From positions 9,260 through 73,259 of the forward strand of contig JAKLIQ010000004.1 of the NCBI GenBank assembly GCA_022709525.1: a DNA stretch of 64,000 nt. The letters are read 5' to 3'. Below, in pieces: positions 30,300 through 39,766 of the stretch; within the stretch, counting starts at the first letter, position 1, and each line of letters opens with the position of its first letter. The notes under the pieces were generated by a model. That model saw nothing but the letters and a program-made list of their open reading frames with translations, ran no database searches and was not told the DNA's origin. Source of the DNA: Candidatus Omnitrophota bacterium (lineage in GTDB: Bacteria; Omnitrophota; Omnitrophia; Omnitrophales; Aquincolibacteriaceae). The translations under genes were made by a program, and so were the position numbers.

Positions 30300-30701
30300 A
30301 TGGAACCGAACAAAAAAGATTTTTTGACCTTTGAGCTTCCGCCGCTCTTGTGGATGGGGGTCATCTTCTGTCTTTCGTCGATCCCCGGGTGGTATTTTCC
30401 GCCGAACCAGCTCTTTCACCAGGCCGCCCATTTCCTTGAATACTCCGTTTTCGGGATCCTGCTGGCGCGCGGGCTTGCGCACCTGAAAATAAAACTGAAC
30501 GCGGCCTCTCTTCTCTTTCTATCCCTCGGCCTCATCACGCTTTTCGCCGTCTTTGACGAATGGCGTCAGGGTTTTGTTCCCGGCCGCATGAGCAATCCCA
30601 AAACCGTATTCTTCGACGCGCTCTACGCGCTCGCCGGCGTTTTTATTTACGAAGAGTTCGCCTTTAAGCTTTTCAAGAAAAAAGACAAAACTCAGCCGTA
30701 A
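30300..30701 (+). CDS. VanZ-like family membrane protein
   Basis: The track ORF begins inside the tRNA. The realistic start is ATG 30300 (MEPNKKDF...). It has 3-4 TM segments and the VanZ-like pattern AVFDEWRQGFVPGR. Confidence 0.6.
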   Translation: MEPNKKDFLTFELPPLLWMGVIFCLSSIPGWYFPPNQLFHQAAHFLEYSVFGILLARGLAHLKIKLNAASLLFLSLGLITLFAVFDEWRQGFVPGRMSNPKTVFFDALYALAGVFIYEEFAFKLFKKKDKTQP

Positions 30702-30861
30702 ATACGAGTTATTCTAATTAAAGCAGGCATAAGGAGTTAGGAAAACTATTGCGGCTTTTGAGAAGCAAAGGTAGAATACGATCCTTCAAATATTATGTAT
30801 CATGGAGGTATTGAATTAAAGGGCGAAGCGTTTCGAACGCCCATCCAAACAATGAATCAGC

Positions 30862-32595
30862 ATGTCAGACGCTAAGAATTACGAACCGCTGTACCGCTTG
30901 CGGCATTCCGCTTCGCATGTTCTCGCCCAGGCAGTCCTCGATCTCTTTCCCGGCACAAAACTCGCGATCGGCCCCGTGATCGACGAAGGGTTTTACTATG
31001 ACTTCGACTCGAAGACGGCCTTTCAGGATGACGACCTTCCGAAGATCGAAAAAAGGATGCAGGAGATCATCAAGGAGCGCCAGCCGTTCAAGCAATGGTC
31101 GGTCTCCAAGGACGAAGCGAGGAGGATCTTTAAGGAGAAACAGGAACCTTACAAGCTCGAGATCATCGACGGGATCGAAGGGGGCACTGTCAATTTCGTG
31201 CAGAACGGCCCCTTTGTGGACCTTTGCGGCGGCGGGCATGTCGAGAATACCGACGAGATCAAGGCTTTCAGGCTTCTCTCGGTGGCGGGGGCTTATTGGC
31301 GCGGGAATGAAAATAACCCCATGCTGCAGCGCATCTACGGCACCGCGTTCTTTTCGCAAAAAGAGCTGGATGCGTACTTAAAGCAACGCGAAGAGGCGCA
31401 AAAGCGCGATCACCGCAAGGTCGGCAAACAGCTCGGCCTTTTCAGTTTCCATGAAGAGGGGCCGGGGCTTCCTTTTTGGAAACCCGACGGGCTTATTTTA
31501 AAGAACCTCCTCATCGCGTTCATGCGCGAGAAGCTCGCGGCTTATGGCTACGTGGAGATCGAGACGCCCACGATCCTTCGTGACAAACTTTGGCGGATCT
31601 CGGGGCACTGGGACAATTACCGGGAGAACATGTTCTTTCTCGAACGCGAGAAGGAGGTTTATGCCTTAAAGCCCATGAATTGTCCCGGCGGGATGCTGAT
31701 GTATCAGGAGGAGAAGCATTCTTACCGCGAGTTGCCGCTGAAGGTGGCGGAATTCGGCAAGGTGCACCGTTATGAACGCTCCGGCGTTCTTTCCGGCCTT
31801 TTTCGCGTGCGCGGCTTCACGCAGGATGATGCCCATATCTTCACGACGCCCGAGGCCTTGCGCGCAAGCGTTGTCGAGACCATCCGGTTCACGGATGAAG
31901 TATACAAAACGTTCGATTTTGATTATCATGTGGAGCTTTCCACGCGGCCTCCGAAGTCCATGGGGACTGACGAACAGTGGCATGTCGCGACCGAAGGGTT
32001 GCGGGGCGCGCTCGATGAGATCCAAGTGCCCTACAAGGTCAACGAAGCCGACGGCGCTTTTTACGGCCCCAAGATCGATTTTCATTTGAAGGACGCCATC
32101 GGGCGCACGCTCCAGTGCGGGACGATCCAGCTGGACATGAATTTGCCGGAGCGTTTTGACCTGAATTATACGGGCGAAGACGGCAAAGAGCACCGCGTGA
32201 TCATGCTGCACCGGGCGATCTTTGGCAGTCTGGAACGCTTTATCGGGATCCTGGTGGAGCATTACGCCGGAGCGTTTCCGGTCTGGCTTTCGCCGGTCCA
32301 GATCCGCGTGGCGACCATCACTGAGCGGCATGACGTTTACGCCAAATCGCTTGTGGCGAAGCTCAAGAAAGAAGGCTTCCGCGTCGATTCGGATCTGCGG
32401 TCCGAGAAGATCGGCTATAAGATCCGTGAAGCGGAAATGATGAAAATACCCTACGTGTTCGTGGTCGGCGATAAGGAAATGGAAGCCGGCCAGGTAGCCG
32501 TCCGCATGCGGGGCCGCCAGGACCTGGGCCCGCAGGCCGTGGGCGCGATGATCGAGCGGATCAAGCGCGAAATTGCGGAAAAAAGCAGCACTTAA
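30862..32595 (+). CDS. thrS: Threonine--tRNA ligase (lacks the N-terminal TGS domain)
   Basis: HSASHVLAQAV (editing domain), class II motifs, and the anticodon-binding C-terminus. Confidence 0.95.
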   Translation: MSDAKNYEPLYRLRHSASHVLAQAVLDLFPGTKLAIGPVIDEGFYYDFDSKTAFQDDDLPKIEKRMQEIIKERQPFKQWSVSKDEARRIFKEKQEPYKLEIIDGIEGGTVNFVQNGPFVDLCGGGHVENTDEIKAFRLLSVAGAYWRGNENNPMLQRIYGTAFFSQKELDAYLKQREEAQKRDHRKVGKQLGLFSFHEEGPGLPFWKPDGLILKNLLIAFMREKLAAYGYVEIETPTILRDKLWRISGHWDNYRENMFFLEREKEVYALKPMNCPGGMLMYQEEKHSYRELPLKVAEFGKVHRYERSGVLSGLFRVRGFTQDDAHIFTTPEALRASVVETIRFTDEVYKTFDFDYHVELSTRPPKSMGTDEQWHVATEGLRGALDEIQVPYKVNEADGAFYGPKIDFHLKDAIGRTLQCGTIQLDMNLPERFDLNYTGEDGKEHRVIMLHRAIFGSLERFIGILVEHYAGAFPVWLSPVQIRVATITERHDVYAKSLVAKLKKEGFRVDSDLRSEKIGYKIREAEMMKIPYVFVVGDKEMEAGQVAVRMRGRQDLGPQAVGAMIERIKREIAEKSST

Positions 32596-32610
32596 CCATA
32601 AGGAGGATCA

Positions 32611-33219
32611 TTGTCACTCAGTCCACAAAAAGTTCGGGCCAATGAGCGTATCCGCTCGCCGCAGATCCGGTTGATCGGGGCTGCGGGGGAACAGTTCGGC
32701 ATCGTCACGCCGCAGGAAGGCCTGGCGCGCGCGCAGGAAGCGGGATTGGACTTAGTCGAAGTTGCGGCTGCAACGACCCCGCCGGTGTGCCGCATCATGG
32801 ACCTCGGTAAATATCTTTACACGCTCGGCAAGAAGGAAAAAGAATCGCGGAAGAAGCAAAAGACGATCGATATCAAGGAAGTCAAGATGACGACCAAGAT
32901 CGACGATCACGACTACCAGACCAAGCTCCGCAATGCGCGGCGGTTCATCGAACGCGGCGATAAGGTCAAGCTGGTAGTTTTCTTTCGCGGGCGCGAGATC
33001 GTCTATGTGGACAAAGGGCGAAAACTTGTGGACCGTTTTGTGCAGGACCTTTCGGACGTCGCGATGATCGAACGCAACGACGGCCTGGAAGGCAAAGCCA
33101 TCCTCCTTTATTTGACCCGGATCGCTCCGGTAAAGAAAAAAGAGAACGCACCCGCTTCATCAACAGTTCCGGCAAGCCCCAGCGCTGGGCCGGCGAAGAC
33201 AGCACCTGATTCACATTAA
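32611..33219 (+). CDS. infC: Translation initiation factor IF-3 (non-AUG TTG start; low-complexity P/A/S C-terminal extension)
   Basis: IRSPQIRLIG ... VEVAAATTPPVCRIMD ... KEVKM(T)TKIDDHD. RBS AAGGAGGA precedes the in-frame TTG. Confidence 0.9.
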   Translation: MSLSPQKVRANERIRSPQIRLIGAAGEQFGIVTPQEGLARAQEAGLDLVEVAAATTPPVCRIMDLGKYLYTLGKKEKESRKKQKTIDIKEVKMTTKIDDHDYQTKLRNARRFIERGDKVKLVVFFRGREIVYVDKGRKLVDRFVQDLSDVAMIERNDGLEGKAILLYLTRIAPVKKKENAPASSTVPASPSAGPAKTAPDSH

Positions 33220-33304
33220 AAAATAATCGGAAATCAGTGCAGTCCAAGTCGCCATTCATGAAAAGAAATAAAGACTTGGACAGAATAAGGGAAAAGGAAA
33301 CGTT

Positions 33305-33505
33305 ATGCCAAAGTTAAAGACACGGAAAGCCATGAGAAAGCGTTACCGCATCACCAAAAAAGGGAAGGTCTTGGCCAACAAGACCTTGCGCCGGCATATG
33401 ATGACCGATCGCAGCCCCAAAAAGAAACGGCAGCTCCGGCGCAAGATGCGGATCGAGCCGATGTATGTCAAAGCCATCAAGCTTCGCCTGCCGTACAACC
33501 AGTGA
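33305..33505 (+). CDS. rpmI: 50S ribosomal protein L35
   Basis: MPKLKTRKAMRKRYRITKKGKV... Confidence 0.95.
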   Translation: MPKLKTRKAMRKRYRITKKGKVLANKTLRRHMMTDRSPKKKRQLRRKMRIEPMYVKAIKLRLPYNQ

Positions 33506-33540
33506 GTTTCTAACGCATTCATTAAACAAGGGAGTGTTTT

Positions 33541-33891
33541 ATGCCAAGGTCCACGTACGCCGTAGCTTCTCGTAAACGAAAGAAAAAGATCTTCAAGCGC
33601 GCCAAAGGGTTTGTCGGCGGCCGCGGCCGCCTGCTCCGGACGGCCAAGGAGACCATCGCCCGCGCGATGGCCTTCGCGACCCGCGACCGCAAACAGCGCA
33701 AGCGCCATTTCCGCCAGCTTTGGAACGTCCGCATCAACGCGGCGTGCCGCGCCGGGGGGATCTCTTATTCGCGCTTTATCGACGCCCTCAACAAGGCGAA
33801 GATCCGCCTGAACCGGAAATCGCTCGCCGAGATCGCCGCGCGCGACGAGAAGACCTTCCAAGATCTCATTAAACTCGTCAAAAAATCTTAA
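33541..33891 (+). CDS. rplT: 50S ribosomal protein L20
   Basis: VASRKRKKKIFKRAKGF...RQLWNVRINAACR. Confidence 0.95.
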   Translation: MPRSTYAVASRKRKKKIFKRAKGFVGGRGRLLRTAKETIARAMAFATRDRKQRKRHFRQLWNVRINAACRAGGISYSRFIDALNKAKIRLNRKSLAEIAARDEKTFQDLIKLVKKS

Positions 33892-33899
33892 GCTATGCA

Positions 33900-33950
33900 C
33901 CCTGTACACACCCGGTGTGTACAGGGTGCCACACCCGGTGTGTACAGGGT
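33900..33950. repeat. REP element: a full 27-nt palindrome CCCTGTACACACCCGGTGTGTACAGGG (33900-33926) plus an adjacent truncated copy (33928-33950)
   Basis: Perfect 11-bp arms around a CCCGG core. The same sequence recurs at five or more other intergenic sites in this window. Confidence 0.9.
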
Positions 33951-33955
33951 AATCT

Positions 33956-34927
33956 ATGAAAGACCAGATCAGCCGCATTGAGCAGGAAGCCCGCGAAGAG
34001 CTTGCCCGCGTCGATTCCGCGGAAAAGAACGAGCTATTCCGCGTCGCGTATCTCGGTAAAAAAGGGAAGTTGACCGAACTTCTGAAGCAGCTCGGCGCCC
34101 TCGTGCCGGAAGAGAAGAAGGCGGTCGGAGCGGAGCTGAACCGCGTCAAACAGTGGATCGAATCTTCGGTCGAGGAATTCCGCCGCAAATCCTCTTCCGC
34201 CGGAAATTCTTCCGAAATATTCGATGAGACGCTTCCTGGGATCCGTCCGCCGCGGGGGTCGATCCATCTTCTCCAGCAGACCATTCAGGAGATCTCCGGT
34301 ATTTTTAACCGCATGGGCTTTGAGACCGTCGAAGGCCCCGAGATCGAGACCGAATTCCATAATTTTACCGCGCTCAATATCCCGCTCGATCATCCCTCGC
34401 GCGACGCGTTTGACACTTTTTATACGACGCGCGGGCAACTGCTCCGTTCCCAGACCTCGACGGTGCAGATCCGGGTCATGAAGGAGCGGAAGCCGCCGCT
34501 TAAGATCATCGCGCCCGGCCGGGTGTACCGCCCCGACACCGTGGACGCCAGCCATTCTTTCATGTTTCACCAGATCGAGGGGTTGATGGTCGATGACCGC
34601 ACGACCTTCAGCGACTTGAAGGGCGTTCTGCATCTTTTCTTGCGCGAACTTTTTGGATCCAGCACCAAGATCCGTTTCCGGCCGCATTTTTTCCCCTTTA
34701 CGGAGCCGAGCGTTGAGATCGATATCCAGTGGGGCAAAGGGTGGCTTGAGATCCTCGGCGCCGGGAGCGTGGACCCCAATGTGTTCCGGGAAGTGGGTTA
34801 TGACGTCACCACGACTCGCGGGTTCGCGTTCGGCCTTGGCGTCGAGCGGATCGCCATGCTCCGGCATGGCATTACCGACATCCGTCATTTTTATGAGAAT
34901 GATCTGCGTTTTTTGAGGCAGTTCTGA
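33956..34927 (+). CDS. pheS: Phenylalanine--tRNA ligase alpha subunit
   Basis: Class II aaRS motifs (FRPHFFPFTEPS, GLGVERIAML). Confidence 0.95.
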   Translation: MKDQISRIEQEAREELARVDSAEKNELFRVAYLGKKGKLTELLKQLGALVPEEKKAVGAELNRVKQWIESSVEEFRRKSSSAGNSSEIFDETLPGIRPPRGSIHLLQQTIQEISGIFNRMGFETVEGPEIETEFHNFTALNIPLDHPSRDAFDTFYTTRGQLLRSQTSTVQIRVMKERKPPLKIIAPGRVYRPDTVDASHSFMFHQIEGLMVDDRTTFSDLKGVLHLFLRELFGSSTKIRFRPHFFPFTEPSVEIDIQWGKGWLEILGAGSVDPNVFREVGYDVTTTRGFAFGLGVERIAMLRHGITDIRHFYENDLRFLRQF

Positions 34928-36984
34928 TGAAGATCTCAACGAACTGGTTGAAGGATTTTGTCGAGCTTGCGCCGCCGGTTTCCCGGACGGCCGAGCGCCT
35001 GACCATGGCCGGCCTTGAAGTTAAGAAATGCGAGGTTTTGAAGACCCCTTCCGATACGGTTTTTGAGATCGAGATCACTTCGAACCGTCCTGACTGGCTT
35101 TCCCACTGGGGGGTGGCCCGCGAGATCGCGGCCGTCGAAAACCTTTCGCTTAAAAATCCCGTCGTCGATGCCGAAAAAAACCGCGTGCCGCCCAAAGGTT
35201 GGGACGTCAAGATCAAGGACGCAGAAGGATGTCCCTATTACACCGGCGTCCTGATCGAAGGTATTGTGCCCGCCAAAACACCGGATTTTATCATAAACCG
35301 TCTTCTCGCCTGCGGGATCCGTAGCATCAATTTGATCGTCGATATCACCAATTATGTCCTCTTGGAGATCGGCCAGCCGCTTCACGCCTTTGACGCCGAC
35401 CTGGTCCGCGGGCAGGAGATCCAACTGCGGAAGCCCAAGGCGGGAGAAAAATTCCTGGCGATCAATGGCGCGGAGATTGCATTGCAGCAGGACGATCTCG
35501 TGGTCGCCGACAGCGAACGCGCGGTCGCGCTTGCCGGGGTCATGGGCGGGAAGGATTCTGAGATCAGCGACCGCACGCGAAACGTGTTTCTGGAGTCAGC
35601 ATTCTTTAACCCTATTCGTGTTCGGAAGACTTCGCGCCGGCATCAGCTCGCCTCGGATTCTTCTTACCGTTTCGAGCGCCGCGTGGACCCGGAAGGGGTC
35701 GATCTTGGATGCCGCCGCGCGCTCTGGCTCATCGAAAAATACGCCAAACCGCGCAGCATCAGCGCGGTGATCAAGGCCGGGGAAAAACCCCAGCTTGAAA
35801 TCAAAACGGTCCACCTGAAAGCCGAAGAGGTCAAAAAGACGCTCGGCGTTGAGATCAAGCCCAACCAGATCGTTTCGATCCTCGCGCGTCTCGGGCTCGA
35901 TGCCAAACCTCATTCCGAGGAGATCTGGAAGGTCGCGATCCCGTCTTTTCGTCCCGATCTGACAAGGCCCGTCGATCTCATCGAGGAGATCGCCAGGATC
36001 TATGGTTATGAAAATATCCCCGAAACCCTGCCCGCGCGGGAGCCGCTTTCGGTCACGGAATCGCCGCGGCTTGCGCTGGAACGGAAAGTCCGTAATCTTT
36101 TAAGCGGCGCCGGATGGAATGAGACCGTCACTTTCAGTTTGATCGGCGATGAAGGCCTGGATGCGGAAAAGGACTTAAAAAACGCCGTTCAGATCGTCAA
36201 TCCGCTGCATCACGGCCTTCACTGGATGCGCCCGACGCTTGTGACAAGCCTGCTTGATGTGATCCAGCGTAACGTCAATGCCGGAGCGGATTCCCTCCGG
36301 TTTTTTGAGATCGCCAATGTCTACGTGATGCCCGATATCCATAAACACCCGGTCGAAGAGCGGGTCTGCGCCATTGTGCTTTATGGTAAAAGATCCGCCC
36401 AAAGCTGGCTTGATGCCGCGCGCCCCGTCACTTTTTATGATCTCAAGGGTGTGGTGGAAACGGTTCTGGCCGCCGCCGGCTGTTCGGAGATCTGCACGGC
36501 CAAAGCTTCAAAAAGCTATCTCATCCCGGGAAAATCGGAAGAGCTTCGCGCCTGGCAAGATCCACTCGCTTTCTTGGGCGAGGTGGCTCCCGCCCTTTGC
36601 AAGGTTCGCGGACTTAAAGAACCGGTTTACTATGCTGAGATCTCGCTTGAGAAGATCCTGGCCCATGCGCCGGCGATCCGCGCATTTAAAGAATGGCCTA
36701 AATACCCGACCATCGAGCGTGACCTTTCGCTCGTCGTGAAAGAGACGGTCAAAGGCGGGGAACTGATGGGCGAGATCCGGGGGATGGGGCAAGGGCTTAT
36801 CCGGGTTGTGGAGCTTTTTGATCTTTTTCGCGGCAAGCGCGTTCCGGCCGGATACAAAAATCTCGCATTCCGCGTGATCTATCAATCTACGGAGCGGACG
36901 CTTGTTTCAGACGAGGTCCAAAAACTTCACGAAAAGATCGCCGCGACCCTCGTCCAGAAATACCAGGCATCATTCCAGGCTTGA
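34927..36984 (+). CDS. pheT: Phenylalanine--tRNA ligase beta subunit (short form, 685 aa)
   Basis: N-terminal tRNA-binding domain, B3/4 and B5 domains, and FDxxxxxG C-terminal region. The ATG overlaps the pheS stop. Confidence 0.9.
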   Translation: MKISTNWLKDFVELAPPVSRTAERLTMAGLEVKKCEVLKTPSDTVFEIEITSNRPDWLSHWGVAREIAAVENLSLKNPVVDAEKNRVPPKGWDVKIKDAEGCPYYTGVLIEGIVPAKTPDFIINRLLACGIRSINLIVDITNYVLLEIGQPLHAFDADLVRGQEIQLRKPKAGEKFLAINGAEIALQQDDLVVADSERAVALAGVMGGKDSEISDRTRNVFLESAFFNPIRVRKTSRRHQLASDSSYRFERRVDPEGVDLGCRRALWLIEKYAKPRSISAVIKAGEKPQLEIKTVHLKAEEVKKTLGVEIKPNQIVSILARLGLDAKPHSEEIWKVAIPSFRPDLTRPVDLIEEIARIYGYENIPETLPAREPLSVTESPRLALERKVRNLLSGAGWNETVTFSLIGDEGLDAEKDLKNAVQIVNPLHHGLHWMRPTLVTSLLDVIQRNVNAGADSLRFFEIANVYVMPDIHKHPVEERVCAIVLYGKRSAQSWLDAARPVTFYDLKGVVETVLAAAGCSEICTAKASKSYLIPGKSEELRAWQDPLAFLGEVAPALCKVRGLKEPVYYAEISLEKILAHAPAIRAFKEWPKYPTIERDLSLVVKETVKGGELMGEIRGMGQGLIRVVELFDLFRGKRVPAGYKNLAFRVIYQSTERTLVSDEVQKLHEKIAATLVQKYQASFQA

Positions 36985-36991
36985 CTTGGGA

Positions 36992-37050
36992 CCCTGTACA
37001 CACCGGGTGTGTACAGGGTTTTGTAATGTACACACCCGGTGTGTACAGGG
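36992..37050. repeat. REP doublet: a full palindrome (36992-37018, CCGGG core, so opposite orientation to the copy at 33900) plus a truncated copy (37027-37050)
   Basis: Same 27-mer family as at 33900. Confidence 0.9.
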
Positions 37051-37059
37051 TGAGGGCAA

Positions 37060-38412
37060 GTGATAAATTCTAAAGACGGCGTTCCCACAGACGAATTATT
37101 TTCCCAAGCCGAAATCGAAGAGTCTTTCCAGATCCCGCCGGATGCGCCGCTTCCGGTCCGGATGCGTCCCGCCGTCCTTGAGGATATTGTCGGTCAGGAG
37201 CATCTCCTAGGACCCGGGCGATTGCTGCGACGGACCCTTGAATCCGACCGCCTCACGTCGCTTATTCTCTACGGGCCTCCCGGTACCGGAAAGACGACGC
37301 TTGCCCTTGTGATCGCGCGGAAGACCGCCGCGCGCTATGTCTCGATCAATGCTGTTTTAAGCAACGTCGCGGAAATGCGCAAGATCCAGGAGGAAGCCCG
37401 CAAACTCCTGCGGCGATCCAAACGCAAAACCGTCCTTTTTATTGATGAGATCCACCGTTTCAACAAGGCCCAGCAGGACATCCTGATGCCCGATGTGGAA
37501 TCGGGCGTCATCATCCTGATCGGGGCCACGACGCAGAATCCCTCGTTTGCCATTCGCGGCCCACTTCTTTCCCGCTCGATCGTCTGCGAGCTCAAGCCCC
37601 TGGAGGAGCGCCATCTGATCGCCGTCATGCGGCGCGCTCTCACGGACAAGGAACGCGGGCTTGGGAACCTTCAGATCAAGGTCGAGGCCGGGGCGCTAGA
37701 ACACATCGCCAAACAAGCGTCCGGTGATGCCCGGCGGGCTTTGAACGCGCTTGAGGTCGGCGCGATGACGACGCCGCCGGATGAAAAAGGCGCGATCCAT
37801 TTTACCGCAGGCGTTGCCGAAGAATCCTGCCAGAAAAAGATCGTTCAATACGATTGGGACGAAGATTTTCATTATGACACGATCAGCGCTTTCATTAAAA
37901 GTCTCCGCGGCTCTGACCCGGACGCCGCGATCTATTGGTTAGCCAAGATGCTTTACGCAGGGGAGGACCCTCGTTTTATCGTTCGCCGTATGGTAATCTT
38001 CGCGAGCGAAGATATCGGCAACGCCGACCCGCAGGCGCTCATCCTTGCCGCCAGCGCTTTTACTGCCGTGGAGTTCGTCGGCATGCCGGAATCGCGGATC
38101 ATCCTGGGCCAGCTTGTAACGTACCTTGCTCTGGCTCCAAAAAGCAACGCGAGCTATATGGCGATCGAAGGCGCCCTTGAGGATGTCAAAACCCAGAAAA
38201 CCGAGCAGGTTCCGCAGCACCTGCGAAGCACTGCCTATTCCGGCGCCAAGAAGCTGGGTCACGGCGAAGGGTATATTTATCCTCACGATCACCCCGGGGA
38301 GAAGATCGACCAATCCTACCTTGATAAACCCGCCCAGTACTACAAGCCAAATCCCGTCGGTTTTGAGAAAACGCTCCAGGAACGCCTCAAGCAGCTTCGC
38401 CCGGCCCAATAG
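37060..38412 (+). CDS. rarA: Replication-associated recombination protein A (MgsA/RarA AAA+ ATPase); GTG start
   Basis: [15 protein letters not shown], sensor motifs, and the C-terminal MgsA helical domain. Confidence 0.9.
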   Translation: MINSKDGVPTDELFSQAEIEESFQIPPDAPLPVRMRPAVLEDIVGQEHLLGPGRLLRRTLESDRLTSLILYGPPGTGKTTLALVIARKTAARYVSINAVLSNVAEMRKIQEEARKLLRRSKRKTVLFIDEIHRFNKAQQDILMPDVESGVIILIGATTQNPSFAIRGPLLSRSIVCELKPLEERHLIAVMRRALTDKERGLGNLQIKVEAGALEHIAKQASGDARRALNALEVGAMTTPPDEKGAIHFTAGVAEESCQKKIVQYDWDEDFHYDTISAFIKSLRGSDPDAAIYWLAKMLYAGEDPRFIVRRMVIFASEDIGNADPQALILAASAFTAVEFVGMPESRIILGQLVTYLALAPKSNASYMAIEGALEDVKTQKTEQVPQHLRSTAYSGAKKLGHGEGYIYPHDHPGEKIDQSYLDKPAQYYKPNPVGFEKTLQERLKQLRPAQ

Positions 38413-38479
38413 CCCTAGCTCCTCCTGAGCTGGCCCTTTAGAGACCCCGATCTCTTCATGATAATGGACAAATGTTTAA

Positions 38480-38680
38480 GCCTAAGTGTGCCTTTTTGGC
38501 TCAAATTACTATATTAATTGATAGTAATTGATATATATATTTATAAAATATAGCTATATAAAATATATTAAAATATATTGAGTTTCAATATTGACAAATG
38601 ATTATGCATGGGCTAGGGTTTTGTTGGGAAGTAATAGAAGTGGTTTTTGAAATAATAAAATTTCAAGCATAGGAGACAGA
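38480..38680 (+). promoter_or_regulatory. Strongly AT-rich (roughly 20-25% GC) intergenic block containing TTGACA at about 38594 and multiple (AT)n / A-tract runs. It is the likely promoter/regulatory region and the left border of a compositional island.
   Basis: TAATTGATATATATATTTATAAAATATAGCTATATAAAATATATTAAAATATATTGAGTTTCAATATTGACAAATG, against a ~57% GC background. Confidence 0.5.
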
Positions 38681-38683
38681 GAA

Positions 38684-38857
38684 ATGACACATGACCTATA
38701 CGCGATTCGAAGCGCCAAACTGAACGGAAGAGGCGGCCCTCTTGCGCTCTGCGTGATGCACCACGGCGATCTGCTTTCGGGGTATATCTCGCCCAAGATC
38801 CATCGGGGGTTCCGCCGGGCCGAACGCTTCAGAAAGAGGAAGATGCGCTATGAATAA
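38684..38857 (+). CDS. Possible small leader ORF (57 aa) overlapping the start of the STAS-PilZ gene by 8 nt
   Basis: RBS AGGAGACAGAGAA plus ATG. It is GC-rich coding-like sequence, with no homology recognised. Confidence 0.3.
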   Translation: MTHDLYAIRSAKLNGRGGPLALCVMHHGDLLSGYISPKIHRGFRRAERFRKRKMRYE

Positions 38858-39590
38858 ATTTCACTACTCAACGCGGGAGATCGGAGGGGTTGCGGTCTTT
38901 GACCTCAAAGGCGCTCCGACCTTTGAATCTGTCCAGGAAGTGGCCTGGAAGATCCAGAAGAATATCCGGCGCCATCATTTCCATCAGATCATCCTGAACT
39001 TCAAGGAGGCGGGGCCGATGGACACCATCGAGCTCAGGCGGTTACTTACCGTCTGTATCCGCCCCAAGCACAGCGTGATCTATGGGGCGTCGCCGGACAT
39101 GGCCCATTTTCTCGAGGAGAACTGCTTCTCCGGGAAAGTGGACATCTGCGCGGACGAGAAGGAAGTGGCCGAAAGCTTCGGTCCGTTCCTTTTCGATAAG
39201 GATCCCGACAAGAGGTATCTCGATAAGGGGGCGAAGACCACGCGAGAATCGCTCGGCTATCAGCTGGAGAGCCGGCGCAGCCATCGCATGCACGTGGCCA
39301 TACCCCTGGAGCTCCGGATCACAAGTCCGCAGAACGAGATCGTGACGACGAAAGCCATCGCCACCAATATCAGCGAAGGCGGCATGTTCGTCGAATATCT
39401 CGATCTTGAGTCCGCGGGCAAGATCACACGTATGGAGCCAGTCGAGAACCTCCCCGTCGAGATTCATATTTTTAAGAGCGCGAATTTCCCTGACGAGTAC
39501 CATGTAGCGGGGAGGATCCGCCGCAAAGAAATTCGCAAAGAACAGCTTGGTTTGGGCATTGAGTTCCAGGAGAACCTACAGGGTTTATAA
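38850..39590 (+). CDS. STAS-domain / PilZ-domain fusion protein (putative c-di-GMP receptor)
   Basis: The N-terminal ~110 aa resemble an anti-sigma-antagonist fold (VAVFDLKG...HQIILNFKEAGPMDTIELRRLL). The C-terminus has PilZ motifs RRSHR (RxxxR) ... NISEGG (D/NxSxGG). Confidence 0.65.
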   Translation: MNKFHYSTREIGGVAVFDLKGAPTFESVQEVAWKIQKNIRRHHFHQIILNFKEAGPMDTIELRRLLTVCIRPKHSVIYGASPDMAHFLEENCFSGKVDICADEKEVAESFGPFLFDKDPDKRYLDKGAKTTRESLGYQLESRRSHRMHVAIPLELRITSPQNEIVTTKAIATNISEGGMFVEYLDLESAGKITRMEPVENLPVEIHIFKSANFPDEYHVAGRIRRKEIRKEQLGLGIEFQENLQGL

Positions 39591-39766
39591 TGGAAAAGTT
39601 ATATCATGTTATGAATAAAGGGGTTAGGTTGGTTTTAGCGCGTAGGATTTTTTTGTAAGGATTGCGGATAAAAGCTTGATTTTTTCGAGAGATGTGTTAA
39701 ATTTCTTTAAGATTTATTATTGCTTAAAAAAGTATTAATTAATGAGTTTAACAAGGAGGGCAAACG

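Noticed and set aside
33343-34284. 313-aa minus-strand ORF spanning rpmI, rplT, a REP and pheS
   Set aside because: It crosses conserved ribosomal protein genes and an intergenic palindrome, so it is a shadow ORF.
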